This document shows, piece after piece, positions 10,138 to 21,714 of a stretch of DNA of 64,000 nucleotides. The position numbers were made by a program, and so were the translations under genes. A model generated the notes under the pieces. The model did no database searches. It saw only the letters and a program-made list of their open reading frames with translations, and was not told the DNA's origin. The number at the start of each line of letters is the position of its first letter. Position 1 is the stretch's first letter. This stretch comes from Candidatus Latescibacterota bacterium (GTDB lineage: Bacteria > Latescibacterota > UBA2968 > UBA8231): NCBI GenBank assembly GCA_963422735.1, contig OY730476.1, positions 3,488,001-3,552,000 on the forward strand. Direction: 5' to 3'.

Positions 10138-10713
10138 TCAATCGATAAAAATGGCATCGTCGGGCCAAGATTCGACGATGAAACCCGCCTTCGTATTTAC
10201 CATTGACAAATAGTTGTGCATCCGCCTGATAGGGTCCAACAGGCGGATGGTTTGCATCTGTTGGATCGAGTCCTCGCCGTGGTTTTTTTGCAGCGAAGGG
10301 ATGATCTTGCCTTGGACACTTTCGGCCACATCGCTGTCGGACTCGCCTTCGACGATCATAACCAAAGCGATGTGCCCATCTACTTCGGCGATATAGCTGT
10401 CGCGAATTAGCTCGCTGAAGACGTTGGCGACATTGGGTTCAGAGCGGATTTCCTGCACGATCTGGCTGCGGGTGATGCCCAATTTGAACTTGATGGTTAG
10501 CATGTGCTGGGTCGAGAAGCGGCCCGTGCCTTGGGCCTGCATATCGACCGCCGCGTAGTAAAAGAGGATATCTTCCTCTTCGAGGCGGGCGCGCTTGCGG
10601 CTGACGGTGCGCACCGGTACGCCGGTCAAGGTGCTGATGCGATTGTCCGAGCAGCGGGGGTTTCGGATGAGAGTGCGGACGATCTGCCGCTCTTGTTCGT
10701 CAAAACGTCTCAT
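10138..10713 (-). CDS. Lrp/AsnC-family transcriptional regulator
   Basis: N-terminal wHTH (FDEQERQIVRTLIRNPRCSDNRIS...RTVSRKRARLEEE) plus a RAM-like C-terminus; divergent from gltBD. Confidence 0.8.
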   Translation of the reverse strand: MRRFDEQERQIVRTLIRNPRCSDNRISTLTGVPVRTVSRKRARLEEEDILFYYAAVDMQAQGTGRFSTQHMLTIKFKLGITRSQIVQEIRSEPNVANVFSELIRDSYIAEVDGHIALVMIVEGESDSDVAESVQGKIIPSLQKNHGEDSIQQMQTIRLLDPIRRMHNYLSMVNTKAGFIVESWPDDAIFID

Positions 10714-10749
10714 GGCCTGAATTGTCCCTTTTGGAGTGAAAATTAGCAC

Positions 10750-10779
10750 AATTTAGGCCATATACGATAGTACTGTCAA
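10750..10779 (-). promoter_or_regulatory. Putative sigma70 promoter of the Lrp-type gene
   Basis: Minus strand TTGACA-N18-TAAATT. Confidence 0.4.
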
Positions 10780-10820
10780 GAGATGTTTCAAGAAAGTTGT
10801 GGAAACTGGCGTAAGGGTGT

Positions 10821-10848
10821 TTGACAACGTAGCCGTAATTCATATATT
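10821..10848 (+). promoter_or_regulatory. Sigma70-type promoter of gltBD
   Basis: TTGACA-N16-TATATT. Confidence 0.6.
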
Positions 10849-11051
10849 AAGTCCTCTTATACAATTTGGAAGAACAGACCGAGACGGCGGTCCTGTCCAT
10901 TAGCCTGGGCGCGTATTTCTACTACCGGTGCGCCCGGCGTTTCTTCAGTAAACAATGGCAACCTTTGAGCGCGAAGTCGTCCCTTTGGTCGGCGCGACCT
11001 TCTTATGCTCCGCTGTTACCTCGACGAGACCTCGAGCAAGGAAAAATTGAA

Positions 11052-14000
11052 ATGACCCGTATTCCTGGATACCCAGAAAAGCAGGGTCTTTACGACCCAG
11101 CCCGCGAAAGCGACGCCTGCGGGATCGGTTTTGTCGTAAATATCAAGGGCCACAAGTCGCACAAATTGGTGCTTCAAGCCTTAGAGGTCTTGGAACATCT
11201 CAAGCACCGCGGTGCCTGCGGCTGCGAAGCCAACACGGGCGACGGTGCCGGCATGTTGGTGCAGTTGCCCCACAAGTTCTTTAGAGCCGTTTGCGATTTT
11301 GAGTTGCCCTCATTAGGCGAGTACGGAGTGGGCATGTTGTTTTTGCCGCCCGATCCCGCCCATCGCCAAATCTGCGAGGAGCATTTCACCCGCATCGTCG
11401 AAGAAGAGGGCCAGCACCTCCTCAGCTGGCGGGATGTGCCCACTCACAACGCCGCCTTGGGCCGTACCGCCAAGCTGCGCGAGCCGTTTCAGCGCCAAGT
11501 CTTTATCGGCCGCGGCGAGGTGCAAGGCGACGACGCGCTAGCCTTTGAGCGCAAGCTCTACGTCATCCGTAAGCGCGCCGAAAACGCGATTCGCTACAGC
11601 GGCGAAGTCCCCGATGGCGACTTCTTTTACCCGGCCAGCCTCTCTTGCCGGACCATCGTCTATAAGGGCATGCTAATCTCCGACCAAGTCGTGGGCTATT
11701 TCCCCGACTTGAGCGACGAGCGCTTTGAAGTGGCCATCGCGTTGGTGCATTCGCGCTTTAGCACTAACACCTTCCCGAGTTGGGAGCGGGCGCATCCCTA
11801 TCGCTATATCATCCACAACGGCGAGATAAACACCGTGCGCGGCAACGGCAACTGGATGCACGCGCGCGAGGGGATGCTTGCCTCCGAGTACTTCGGCGAT
11901 GATATCGACAAGCTCTTCCCCATCATCCACGAAGACGGTTCTGATTCAGCCAAGTTCGACAATGCGCTCGAGCTGCTGACCTTGGGGGGGCGCTCGTTGG
12001 CACACGTGGTGATGATGATGATTCCCGAGCCGTGGGAAAACCACGAGACCATGAGTGCCAAGAAGCGGGCCTTTTACGAGTACCATAGCTGTCTGATGGA
12101 GCCGTGGGACGGGCCGGCCTCGGTGGCCTTTACCGACGGTGTCGTCGTAGGCGGCATGCTAGACCGCAACGGCTTTAGGCCCTCGCGCTACTACATTGCG
12201 AAAGACGACACTCTGGTACTCTCCTCGGAAACGGGGGTGCTGAGTATTCCGCCGGAAGACGTCGTCCTCAAAGGCCGGCTGCAACCGGGCCGGATGCTCT
12301 TGATCGATACCGAGGAGGGCCGGATCATCAGCGACGAGGAGATCAAGCACCAGATCGCCACCGAGCATCCCTATCAAGCGTGGCTCGACGCCAACCTAGT
12401 TGCGCTCGAGGACTTGCCCGAGGCCCAGGGGGCGCCTCTGCTAGCAAGCCACGAGGAAGTGCTTCACTGGCAGCAGGCCTTCGGCTATACGTTTGAGGAC
12501 CTGCGCGTCTTCCTCAAGCCGATGGTCCAAGTGCTCAAGGACCCGGTCGGCTCGATGGGCAACGACGCGGCGCTGGCGGTGCTCTCGGAGCGGCCGCAGC
12601 TTCTCTACAACTACTTCAAGCAGCACTTCGCCCAGGTTACCAATCCCCCGCTCGACCCGCTGCGCGAGGAATTGATTACCTCAGCCGAGACCAAAATCGG
12701 CCCCGAGCGCAATTTGCTGGTGCCCGAGCCGGCAAGCTGCTGCCAGATCACCTTGCAGCGGCCGATTCTCAAAAACGACGAGCTGGAAAAGCTCCGGCAG
12801 GTCGATCGCTTTGGCCACAAGGGGGAGACGATTCCGATCCTGTTCAAGCGCGAGGACGGCGAGGCTGGCCTTGCCAAGGCCATGGACGCGCTGTGCGCCA
12901 AAGTCGAGGCGGCCATCGCCCAAGGGCACAACCTGATTATCCTCTCGGACCGGGAGATAGATGCCGACAACGTGCCGATCCCTGCGCTGTTGGCCGTGTC
13001 CGGGGTGCATCGCCACTTGGTGCGGCTGGAGACCCGCACGCGCGTCGGCTTGGCACTCGAATCGGGCGAGCCGCGCGAGGTACATCACTTCTGCCTGCTT
13101 TTGGGCTACGGCGCTCAGGCGATCAATCCCTACATGGCCTTTGAAAGCCTCAACGACATGATCCGCGAAAACATGCTCGAAGGCTATGCGTACGCGGAGG
13201 CCGAGGAGCGCTACATTTACGCGGCGATCAAGGGCACGGTCAAGGTGATGGCCAAGATGGGCATCTCGACGATCAAGTCGTATCGGGGCGCGCAGATCTT
13301 CGAGACTGTGGGGCTCAACCAAGATGTAGTCGATCAGTACTTCACTTGGACCACGACTCAAGTCGAGGGCATGGGCATTGAGGACATTGCCCGCGAAGCC
13401 TTAGCGCGCCACGAGGCGGCCTTCCCCCAGATCCCTACCAACGGCCGCACCCTTGACGTGGGCGGGCACTATCAATGGCGCAAGGGTGGCGAGCATCACC
13501 TCTTCAACCCCAAGACGATTCACCTGCTGCAGCGGGCGTCGCGCACCAACGATTACGCGATGTACAAGGAGTACGCCGAGCTAATCAACGACCAGTCCGA
13601 GCGCTTGGCGACCTTGAGAAGCCTGTTGGAGTTCAAAAGCGAGGCCGAGCCGGTGTCCATTGAGGAAGTCGAACCGGTCGAGGCAATCACCCGGCGCTTC
13701 AAGAGCGGGGCAATGTCCTACGGATCGATTAGCAAGGAGGCGCACGAAGGCTTGGCCATTGCCATGAATCGCCTCGGTGGCAAGAGCAATACCGGCGAGG
13801 GCGGCGAAGACCCGGCTCGCTATGTGATCGAGCCCAACGGCGACTCCAAAAACAGTGCCATTAAGCAGGTGGCCTCCGGGCGGTTCGGCGTGACGAGCTA
13901 CTATCTGACCCAAGCCAAAGAGCTGCAAATCAAGATGGCCCAAGGTGCCAAGCCGGGCGAGGGCGGCGAGCTACCCGGCCCCAAGGTATATCCTTGGATC

Positions 14001-15638
14001 GCCAAGGTGCGCCACTCGACCCCAGGCGTGGAGCTGATCTCGCCGCCGCCGCACCACGACATCTATTCGATTGAGGATTTGGCGCAGCTAATCCACGATC
14101 TCAAAAATTCAAACGTCGATGCGCGGATCAACGTCAAGCTGGTCTCCGAGTTCGGGGTCGGGACCGTCGCCGCTGGGGTAGCCAAGGGCCACGCAGACGT
14201 GGTGCTGATTTCGGGCCACGACGGCGGCACCGGAGCCTCGCCGCAGACCTCGATCAAGCACGCCGGCTTGCCTTGGGAGCTGGGCCTAGCCGAGACGCAT
14301 CAGACACTGGTGCTCAACGACCTGCGCAGCCGCATCGTCGTCGAGACCGACGGCCAACTCAAGACCGGGCGCGACGTGGTCATCGCCGCGTTGCTAGGTG
14401 CTGAGGAATTCGGCTTCGCCACCACGGCGCTAGTTGCGATGGGCTGCATTATGATGCGGGTCTGCCACCTCGATACCTGTCCGGTGGGCGTGGCGACCCA
14501 AAACCCGGAGCTGCGTGCCAAATTCATGGGCAGCCCCGATCATGTGGTCAACTTCTTGCGCTTTGTCGCCGAGGACATGCGCGAGATCATGGCCGCGCTC
14601 GGTTTCCGCACCGTCAATGAGATGATCGGCCGCACCGACCGGCTCGAGCCCAAGAAGGCTATCGCGTTGTGGAAGGCCGCCGGCATCGACTTGACGTCGA
14701 TTTTGCACCAGCCCGAGGTCGATCCCCAAGTCGGGCGCTACTGCCAGATTCCGCAGGATCACGGGCTGGACGATGTCCTCGACAACACCACCTTGTTAGA
14801 GCTGTGCAAACCGGTGCTTGAAAGCGGCGAGCCGGTCGAGGCGGTGTTGCCGATCGAGAATACCAACCGAGTCGTAGGCACCATCCTTGGCAGCGAGGTG
14901 ACTAGGCGCTACGGTCCCGAGGGGCTGCCCGAGGACTCGATTCGCCTCAAGTTCGAGGGCGTCGCTGGCCAGAGCTTTGCCGCCTTCACCCCTAAGGGCC
15001 TGACCATGGAAGTCGAAGGCGACGCCAACGACTACTTTGGCAAGGGGCTTTCGGGTGCCAAGCTGGTGCTCTATCCGCCCAAAGGTTCTACCTTCGTGCC
15101 GTGGGAGAACATCATTTGCGGCAACGTCGCCTTCTATGGTGCCACCTCTGGCGAAGCCTATATCCACGGCATTGCCGGTGAGCGCTTCTGCGTACGCAAC
15201 AGCGGAGTCTGCGCCGTAGTAGAGGGCGTCGGCGATCACGGTTGCGAGTACATGACCGGCGGGCGGGTCGTGGTGCTGGGCTGCACGGGCCGCAATTTCG
15301 GTGCCGGGATGTCGGGCGGCATTGCCTACGTGCTCGACGAAGAGGGCGACTTTGCAATCCGCTTCAACGACGAGATGGCCGATATGGGGCCGGTAGAAGA
15401 TGCCGAGGATATCGCCGAGTTGCGGTCCATGATCGAGCGCCACGTGCAGCACACCAACAGCGCGCTCGGCCAGCGGGTTTTGGACCAATGGGACGCGGTG
15501 CTGCCCCGGTTCGTCAAGGTCATGCCGCGCGACTATCGCAAGATGCTCAACGCCTTCAAGCGCGTCGAGGAACGCGGGTTGACCGGCGACGAGGCCGCGC
15601 TAGTCGCCTTCCGCGAGGCCATGGCCGAAGCGTCCTGA
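11052..15638 (+). CDS. gltB: Glutamate synthase large subunit
   Basis: DACGIGF (catalytic Cys), [42 protein letters not shown]; AAGGA RBS before ATG 11052. Confidence 0.98.
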   Translation: MTRIPGYPEKQGLYDPARESDACGIGFVVNIKGHKSHKLVLQALEVLEHLKHRGACGCEANTGDGAGMLVQLPHKFFRAVCDFELPSLGEYGVGMLFLPPDPAHRQICEEHFTRIVEEEGQHLLSWRDVPTHNAALGRTAKLREPFQRQVFIGRGEVQGDDALAFERKLYVIRKRAENAIRYSGEVPDGDFFYPASLSCRTIVYKGMLISDQVVGYFPDLSDERFEVAIALVHSRFSTNTFPSWERAHPYRYIIHNGEINTVRGNGNWMHAREGMLASEYFGDDIDKLFPIIHEDGSDSAKFDNALELLTLGGRSLAHVVMMMIPEPWENHETMSAKKRAFYEYHSCLMEPWDGPASVAFTDGVVVGGMLDRNGFRPSRYYIAKDDTLVLSSETGVLSIPPEDVVLKGRLQPGRMLLIDTEEGRIISDEEIKHQIATEHPYQAWLDANLVALEDLPEAQGAPLLASHEEVLHWQQAFGYTFEDLRVFLKPMVQVLKDPVGSMGNDAALAVLSERPQLLYNYFKQHFAQVTNPPLDPLREELITSAETKIGPERNLLVPEPASCCQITLQRPILKNDELEKLRQVDRFGHKGETIPILFKREDGEAGLAKAMDALCAKVEAAIAQGHNLIILSDREIDADNVPIPALLAVSGVHRHLVRLETRTRVGLALESGEPREVHHFCLLLGYGAQAINPYMAFESLNDMIRENMLEGYAYAEAEERYIYAAIKGTVKVMAKMGISTIKSYRGAQIFETVGLNQDVVDQYFTWTTTQVEGMGIEDIAREALARHEAAFPQIPTNGRTLDVGGHYQWRKGGEHHLFNPKTIHLLQRASRTNDYAMYKEYAELINDQSERLATLRSLLEFKSEAEPVSIEEVEPVEAITRRFKSGAMSYGSISKEAHEGLAIAMNRLGGKSNTGEGGEDPARYVIEPNGDSKNSAIKQVASGRFGVTSYYLTQAKELQIKMAQGAKPGEGGELPGPKVYPWIAKVRHSTPGVELISPPPHHDIYSIEDLAQLIHDLKNSNVDARINVKLVSEFGVGTVAAGVAKGHADVVLISGHDGGTGASPQTSIKHAGLPWELGLAETHQTLVLNDLRSRIVVETDGQLKTGRDVVIAALLGAEEFGFATTALVAMGCIMMRVCHLDTCPVGVATQNPELRAKFMGSPDHVVNFLRFVAEDMREIMAALGFRTVNEMIGRTDRLEPKKAIALWKAAGIDLTSILHQPEVDPQVGRYCQIPQDHGLDDVLDNTTLLELCKPVLESGEPVEAVLPIENTNRVVGTILGSEVTRRYGPEGLPEDSIRLKFEGVAGQSFAAFTPKGLTMEVEGDANDYFGKGLSGAKLVLYPPKGSTFVPWENIICGNVAFYGATSGEAYIHGIAGERFCVRNSGVCAVVEGVGDHGCEYMTGGRVVVLGCTGRNFGAGMSGGIAYVLDEEGDFAIRFNDEMADMGPVEDAEDIAELRSMIERHVQHTNSALGQRVLDQWDAVLPRFVKVMPRDYRKMLNAFKRVEERGLTGDEAALVAFREAMAEAS

Positions 15639-15657
15639 ACTGAACAGGAAAAAAACA

Positions 15658-17151
15658 ATGGGTAAACCCACCGGATTCATCGAATTTGTACGCGAGTTAC
15701 CGCAAGACCGCGACCCGTTAGAGCGCGTTGCGGACTGGGACGAGTTCCACGAGCACTTTCCCGACGAGTGCCTGCGCGATCAGGGCGCGCGCTGCATGGA
15801 CTGCGGCATTCCCTTCTGCCACTTGGGCGATGTCGTCAGCCAGGGCGACAAAGGCTCTGGCTGCCCGATCAACAACCTAATCCCCGAATGGAACGACTTG
15901 GTCTATCGTGGGTTGTGGCAGGAAGCGCTGGAGCGGCTGCACAAGACCAACAACTTCCCGGAGTTTACCGGCCGGGTCTGCCCGGCACCCTGCGAGGGGG
16001 CCTGCGTGGTAGGGATCAACGCCCCGCCGGTGACGATCAAGAGCGTCGAGTGCGCCATTGTCGATAAAGGCTTTGAGATGGGCTGGGTTGTGCCCGAGCC
16101 GCCCGACAAGCGCACTGGCAAAAAGGTCGCCATCGTCGGCTCAGGTCCTGCGGGCTTGGCCTGTGCCGCCCAGCTCAATCGCGCCGGCCACTGGGTGACC
16201 GTGTACGAACGGGCGGATCGCATCGGCGGCCTGCTTATGTATGGGATACCCAATATGAAGCTCGACAAGAAAAAGGTGGTGCAGCGCCGGGTCGATCTGA
16301 TGGAGGCCGAGGGCGTCAAGTTCGTCACCCGCACCGAAATCGGCGTGGATCTCCCGGCGATGCCGCTAGTGAAAGAAAACGACGCGCTAGTGCTCTGCGG
16401 CGGGGCCACCAAGCCCAACGATCTGCCGATTGAGGGGCGGGACTTAAAGGGCATCTACTTTGCGATGGACTTTTTGCACACCAACACCAAGAGCCTGCTC
16501 GACTCCAATCACGCGGACGGCAGCTACATCTCGGCCAAGGACAAACACGTGATCGTCATCGGCGGCGGCGACACCGGCACCGACTGCGTCGGTACGTCGA
16601 TGCGCCATGGCTGCAAGACGCTCTCGCAATTCGAGATCATGCCTCGGCCACCGGACGAGCGTGCGCCCAACAACCCTTGGCCACAGTGGCCCAATGTGTA
16701 CAAACTCGACTACGGCCAGGAGGAGGCCAAAGCCCGCTTCGGCGACGACCCGCGCACGTATCTGATTATGACCCAGCGGTTCGTCGCCGACGACGAGGGC
16801 CGCGTCAAGGCGCTACACACGGTCAATATCGAGTGGGACCAAGATGAGAACGGCCGCTTCACGCCCGTGCCGATCGATGGCACCGAGAAGGTCTGGCCGG
16901 CCGACTTGGTGCTGTTGGCGATGGGGTTCCGCGGGCCAGAGGACGCGATGCTCAAACAGCTAGGCGTCGAGCGCGATGAGCGCTCCAACGCCCGTGCTGT
17001 GCACGAGGAATACGCCACCAGCGTTGAGGGCGTTTTCGCGGCTGGCGACATGCGGCGCGGCCAGAGCTTGGTCGTATGGGCCATCAACGAGGGCCGGGGT
17101 GCCGCCCGCGAGGTGGACCGCTATTTGATGGGCAATACGCTGCTGCCCTGA
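15658..17151 (+). CDS. gltD: Glutamate synthase small subunit
   Basis: [52 protein letters not shown]. Confidence 0.98.
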   Translation: MGKPTGFIEFVRELPQDRDPLERVADWDEFHEHFPDECLRDQGARCMDCGIPFCHLGDVVSQGDKGSGCPINNLIPEWNDLVYRGLWQEALERLHKTNNFPEFTGRVCPAPCEGACVVGINAPPVTIKSVECAIVDKGFEMGWVVPEPPDKRTGKKVAIVGSGPAGLACAAQLNRAGHWVTVYERADRIGGLLMYGIPNMKLDKKKVVQRRVDLMEAEGVKFVTRTEIGVDLPAMPLVKENDALVLCGGATKPNDLPIEGRDLKGIYFAMDFLHTNTKSLLDSNHADGSYISAKDKHVIVIGGGDTGTDCVGTSMRHGCKTLSQFEIMPRPPDERAPNNPWPQWPNVYKLDYGQEEAKARFGDDPRTYLIMTQRFVADDEGRVKALHTVNIEWDQDENGRFTPVPIDGTEKVWPADLVLLAMGFRGPEDAMLKQLGVERDERSNARAVHEEYATSVEGVFAAGDMRRGQSLVVWAINEGRGAAREVDRYLMGNTLLP

Positions 17152-17185
17152 GCGGCGACAGGTTGCACGAAAACCCTCACTTCCT

Positions 17186-17407
17186 ATGACGACGACGGAG
17201 CAAATTGTTCATCATCTGCACCCTTTCCGGGACGAAACGGTTGGAAGTACTGGATTTTATTGAATTTATCAAGTCGCAGAGCCGCGAAGAAAATGCCGTC
17301 TGGTCCGAATTGTCGCTAGCTTCTGCTATGTGCGGGATAGAAGAAGAAAGCCTTTATACATTGGAAGATATCAAAGAGCCGTCGTGACGGTGCAGGAGGG
17401 ACAGGTT
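17186..17407 (+). pseudogene. Frameshifted DUF2281-like antitoxin plus N-terminal stub of a PemK/MazF-like toxin
   Basis: MTTTEQIVHHL continues in another frame as TLSGTKRLEVLDFIEFIK...WSELSLASAM...YTLEDIKE. A GTGA-coupled stub MTVQEGQV follows and runs into the opposite gene. Confidence 0.55.
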
Positions 17408-17836
17408 ACTCGCCGTTTTCCCGCTGTACTTTCGTCCGTCCCCAGATAAAAGTACCGGCCAAGCTAACCACCACAGCGGCAATGACTCCGCAGCCTTCCT
17501 TGGCGTGGCCCAGTTTTATCGCGTATGCCCCGACGCCGCAAATCACTAGCACAAATAGAAAGGCTAAGCCGAGTCCGACGAATCGAGCTCTAGTACTTCC
17601 TTTGGGGTGGTACCTTTCCTGCTGGCGATGGGCCGATTGGGCTTCCCCCATCGCCAAAATGCGCTTTGGTATTCTTGGAGGGTTTGCGGACCGGGGATCG
17701 GGCCTTGGAAAAACCGCGCCTCAGCACTGATAAGCTTCTCACGAGTGCGCGGCTACATCGGCTTGCTAATAGCAAAACGAGGGGTTAGACCCCGATGGCG
17801 GGAGGGTTTAGACGGTTTCTTCTTTCGCCGGGCCAT
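17406..17836 (-). pseudogene. Frameshifted DUF2335-like membrane protein
   Basis: FQGPIPGPQTLQEYQ and RILAMGEAQSAHRQQE lie in different frames; two C-terminal TM helices. Confidence 0.6.
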
Positions 17837-17989
17837 CCGCCACCGTTTGAAAAGCATCCTGTATATCTCCAAAGACGGCTAGCCAATCGGAGTACATAGC
17901 TTCGGCATCGGAGCATTGCGGCAGCGCGTTGCGCTGCCAGCGAGGTTAAAGAGCGTGGCAAAGCCTGACAGGAGGTAGAGGAATTTCAT
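17808..17989 (-). pseudogene. Frameshifted small protein of the kind often found upstream of DUF2335 genes
   Basis: MKFLYLLSGFATLFNLAGS and SDAEAMYSDWLAVFGDIQDAF lie in different frames. Confidence 0.45.
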
Positions 17990-18124
17990 GGGGAGATAGC
18001 TCCTGTTGAACAGGGTTCAATGGTCCATTGATATAAGTTCCAATAGCCAAGTCAAGCACCGCACATGACCATTACCACGTAGTGGCGGGGCATCTTTTTC
18101 CAAGGCTTCGCTGCTTCTCAATGC

Positions 18125-19060
18125 TCACACATTGATGAGAATAACCCCCGAGTCCATCAGCGTTCTGAGGGTTATGGCACAGCCGACGACGATGATGACC
18201 ACTGCACTCGCAATGGGCAGCCGCTGAATCCAGCGGCTGTCGCCCGAGAAGCGCTCCACGAGCGGTCGCGCCTTGACGATGAGCACGCCGATGGCGATGA
18301 GGATTGCGGCCAGCCCGACGCTGAAGACCACCAAAAGTAGCAGACCAAAGGCGATGCGATGCACGGCCACGGCCAACAACAGGATCACCAAAGCCCCTGG
18401 ACAAGGCACGATACCGCCGGAAATCCCCAGCGTTAGCAAATTGCCGAGGGTCACTTTGCTGGGAGTCTCATGGCTGTGGCCGTGTCCGTGGGTATGTTCC
18501 CCATGAGAGTGATCGTGGTGGCTATGGCCATGGCCTCGTCCCCCGAGGTGATTGGTCAAGAGCCATACGCCCAAGCCCATAATCAGGAGACCGGAGGCCG
18601 TGCCGAGATAGGGGAAAATTTGTTCAGGAAGGACGTACTGGGAGGCAAAGAGTGCCACCAAGCCCAACAGAATGACGCTGAAGGTATGCGTGAGGGTGAC
18701 TATCCCGCCGAGAAAAAGGGCGTTGCCCACCGTGCCACGTGCGCCGACGAGATAAGCGGCGACGATGGTCTTGCCATGCCCCGGCTCTAGCCCGTGCGCC
18801 GCGCCGAGAAAAAGAGCCAGCGCCAACGCCCCCGCGATCAGACCTAGGCTCAGCTCTTCAGAGCGCAGCATATCGCTGAGGGCGTCCGTTTCTCCGTCGT
18901 CAGCGCTCGCCGTCCCGACGACGCCGACCTCCGACAGCCGTCCTGCTTCGCCAATCTCATCCCCCCAAGCCGGGATCTCCATCGCCAGTGCTGTTAGTAC
19001 TAGTAGTATTCGCGGCATCGCTCGTTCCAGGGCATTGCTTTTCTCCATGGCAGCGGCCAT
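18125..19060 (-). CDS. RcnA/NiCoT-like nickel/cobalt transporter
   Basis: HGLEPGHGKT motif, His-rich loop (HGHSHHDHSHGEHTHGHGHSH), GIVPCPGA; start may be 19018. Confidence 0.85.
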   Translation of the reverse strand: MAAAMEKSNALERAMPRILLVLTALAMEIPAWGDEIGEAGRLSEVGVVGTASADDGETDALSDMLRSEELSLGLIAGALALALFLGAAHGLEPGHGKTIVAAYLVGARGTVGNALFLGGIVTLTHTFSVILLGLVALFASQYVLPEQIFPYLGTASGLLIMGLGVWLLTNHLGGRGHGHSHHDHSHGEHTHGHGHSHETPSKVTLGNLLTLGISGGIVPCPGALVILLLAVAVHRIAFGLLLLVVFSVGLAAILIAIGVLIVKARPLVERFSGDSRWIQRLPIASAVVIIVVGCAITLRTLMDSGVILINV

Positions 19061-19063
19061 GCG

Positions 19064-19194
19064 TCAGGCCGGCTGCGATGACACTCCACTCTGCACAGGT
19101 CTTACTCGGGGTTTTGGCAGTGGACGACCCTTAGACTCGAAGGATCTTCTTCGCTCCACTCGACCCATATACGGTATCGATCAATGGCTTTCAT
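19064..19194 (-). pseudogene. Internally deleted HicB-like antitoxin
   Basis: MKAIDRYRIWVEWSEED is joined out of frame to FESKGRPLPKPRVRP; the central part is missing. Not in the ORF track. Confidence 0.6.
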
Positions 19195-19370
19195 TTTTAA
19201 CTTTCTACCATGATCCGGCGAGTGATTTCGGCGCAGATAATGTCTTGGATTTGGAACTGTGGTTGAGTACGATTGCAGGCAATTAATAAACGGCGTTTCT
19301 GATAGGGGTCAAGCTGCGCTCGATCCTGCGCCTACTCGTGCAGAATTTGGCGCGCTAGGGCCTCCGCTTC

Positions 19371-19412
19371 TCACTCCTTCGGCACCACCAAGGCACGGTC
19401 GCCGTAGGGGAT
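19371..19412 (-). repeat. Orphan copy of the ABC ATPase 3' end (direct repeat of 22799-22840)
   Basis: 36/42 nt identical; encodes IPYGDRALVVPKE* versus IPYGNRALVVPKG*. Confidence 0.85.
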
Positions 19413-19613
19413 CCTTTTATTGACATCACGCTCTAAGAGAGATACTCTCTTGTATCCTTCACAGAAGAAGCGTTCGATGCTTGCCAAAAGCCGTGGTTTC
19501 CGCCTTATAGAACCCAAATATTTCGCTGCGCCTAGGAGACGCGACTGCACCGTGCTGATATTCGTGCTCTTCACGCGAGCCAATGCCGCACTCGACCTTC
19601 TTTCTCGCCGACC

Positions 19614-20519
19614 ATGACAATCGCGGTCCGACCCTACCTTCCGGACGACCTGTCCGGCATCCTCGACCTTTACAACGGACTGCTCGTCGGTCGCGTCCCC
19701 CACTGTTGGCCGGTGACGCCATCCTCTCTACACCGGACACTGCAGGCAGGTGAGGTAGAGTGCGAGGGGGCGCGGCTTCTCGAGCAAGCTGTCCTCGTGG
19801 CAGGCTCAGGTCGCTACGGGTTCGTCCATGTCGGCCGCCAAGCGACGAACAAGCGGCAGGAAAACGAGATCGGCGTGATTCGCTTCCTTGCCTACCGCCG
19901 CGGCGAGCGCGCCGTGGGCGATGCGCTGCTGGCAGCGGCCGAATCTTGGATGCGCGAACGGGATCTGCGACACAGCGTCGTTATGCCGCAACCTTGGCGT
20001 TATCCGTTTTACGCCTTCCCCCACGCCTACCTGTCCGATCACCTCGATCACGTGCAGGCCCTGCTGCGCTTCCGCGGCTACACCAAGACCGGCGGCGAGG
20101 TATTTCTCGATTGGCTAGACATGCATCCGAAGCTGGTTGGCGATTCCAGCGGCCTCGACTGCGAGCTTCGCGTCGAGGATTGTCCGGGGGCCGGTCCCCG
20201 ACCGGGATTGCGGCTCCAGGCCGTGCAGGACGGCGACGGTATCGGCGCGTGCGTACTGGTCAGCGGTGCCGAATCCTCCGCCGCCGACGAGGCCCACGAT
20301 TTCGCATTCTGCGACTGGCTCGGCGTGAACGAGAAGCACCAAGGCCGCGGCCTCGGACGCTTCCTGCTGTCATACGCCATGTACTTGGCGCGCGAGCGCG
20401 GCTATCGCCACGGTGCCATCAGCACCGCTTTTGACAACGACCGCGCCTTCCTGTTCTACACCAACCACGGTTTCCAGGTCGTCGATTGGACCTACGAGTT
20501 TGCGCGGGAGCTTTCTTGA
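19614..20519 (+). CDS. Tandem-domain GNAT acetyltransferase
   Basis: LGVNEKHQGRGLGRFLL acetyl-CoA motif, NDRAFLFYTNHGF. Confidence 0.85.
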   Translation: MTIAVRPYLPDDLSGILDLYNGLLVGRVPHCWPVTPSSLHRTLQAGEVECEGARLLEQAVLVAGSGRYGFVHVGRQATNKRQENEIGVIRFLAYRRGERAVGDALLAAAESWMRERDLRHSVVMPQPWRYPFYAFPHAYLSDHLDHVQALLRFRGYTKTGGEVFLDWLDMHPKLVGDSSGLDCELRVEDCPGAGPRPGLRLQAVQDGDGIGACVLVSGAESSAADEAHDFAFCDWLGVNEKHQGRGLGRFLLSYAMYLARERGYRHGAISTAFDNDRAFLFYTNHGFQVVDWTYEFARELS

Positions 20520-20549
20520 CCTCCGGCCGCTACTGTCAAGGTACTGCCC

Positions 20550-21698
20550 ATGATCATCGACTCCCACGCCTACTGCTTCCCCCCCGCCGACTCCCCCGCC
20601 GGTCACCCCACCGCCGCCGACCACCTGCGCTGGGTCCAGGGCGGTCAGGCCTCCCACCACCAGCCCGCTTGGCGCATCCGCGACCGCGCACCGGCCTCTT
20701 CCGCGGTGCTGACAGCACCCGGTGGGGCCATGGACTTCGACAATCTGCCCAACGTCAACTTCCGCGTTGACCACGACAAGGGCCGGGTGGTGTGGACGAT
20801 TGACGGCGAGGACCTCACCAAGCAGTTCTACCCGCCTAACTTGCCCCACTTGGAGTACACGCCTCACAACCTGCTCGCCGAGATGGACTACGCCGGCGTT
20901 GATAAGGTTTTGTTGCACGTCGATGCCATGCTGGGCCGCGATCCCGCTTTCCAAGCGGAGTCGGTCGCTGTTGACCCGGAGCGCATCTATTCGATGGCTC
21001 CCGTTGATGAGTGGCGCTTGGCCGGCGAACTCGATGCCGTCATCGCCGAGACTGTCGCCGCCGTCGAGAAGCACGGCCTGCACGCCATCAAGTTCAACCC
21101 GCCCCACGCCTACTACTACCGCTCCGACCCGTGGGATGGGGAGCACCTGCGTCCGTTCTGGGAGGCGGTGGCCGCGCTTGGCGTGCCCGTGTTCTTTACG
21201 CTCGGCACCGGGCCGGGCGAAGCGTCGGTGTTGCAGACTGTGGAGAGCCAGCGTTGCGGCTACTTGGCCGAACTCGACATCTTGGTGCGCTGGATGGAGC
21301 GCTACCCGGACGCGCTGTGCAGCCTCACGCACGGTTTCCCGTGGCGTCTCTTCCTCGACGACGAGCCTTCCGGTTCCCCGAGCCGGATCGAGTTGCCCGA
21401 CGAGATATGGCCCCCCTTCGACAATCCGAACCTGAGCCTAGAGGTCTGCTTCCCAGTGCGCCTCGGAGACTTGTTCGACTACCCGTACCGCGAGCTGTGG
21501 CAGACGCTCGAGCAGATGGTCGAGCGCATCGGTGCCGAGCGGCTGCTGTGGGGTACTGACATGCCCTTCCAGAACCGCTTCTGCACCTATCGCCAGTCGC
21601 GCCGCTGGATTGAGGACTACTGCGAGTTCCTCTCTGCCGAGGAGCTGACTGCAATCATGGGTGGGACCTGTGCGCGCCTGCTCGGTCTCAAGGTCTGA
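20550..21698 (+). CDS. Amidohydrolase family protein (Amidohydro_2)
   Basis: MIIDSHAY, LTHG, RLLWGTDMPF, IMGGTCARLL. Confidence 0.85.
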   Translation: MIIDSHAYCFPPADSPAGHPTAADHLRWVQGGQASHHQPAWRIRDRAPASSAVLTAPGGAMDFDNLPNVNFRVDHDKGRVVWTIDGEDLTKQFYPPNLPHLEYTPHNLLAEMDYAGVDKVLLHVDAMLGRDPAFQAESVAVDPERIYSMAPVDEWRLAGELDAVIAETVAAVEKHGLHAIKFNPPHAYYYRSDPWDGEHLRPFWEAVAALGVPVFFTLGTGPGEASVLQTVESQRCGYLAELDILVRWMERYPDALCSLTHGFPWRLFLDDEPSGSPSRIELPDEIWPPFDNPNLSLEVCFPVRLGDLFDYPYRELWQTLEQMVERIGAERLLWGTDMPFQNRFCTYRQSRRWIEDYCEFLSAEELTAIMGGTCARLLGLKV

Positions 21699-21714
21699 TG
21701 ACAGGAGGAATATC

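Noticed and set aside
10866-11051. 62-aa N-terminal extension of GltB from TTG 10866
   Set aside because: No GltB-like sequence; an RBS precedes ATG 11052, so the region is better read as a 5' leader.
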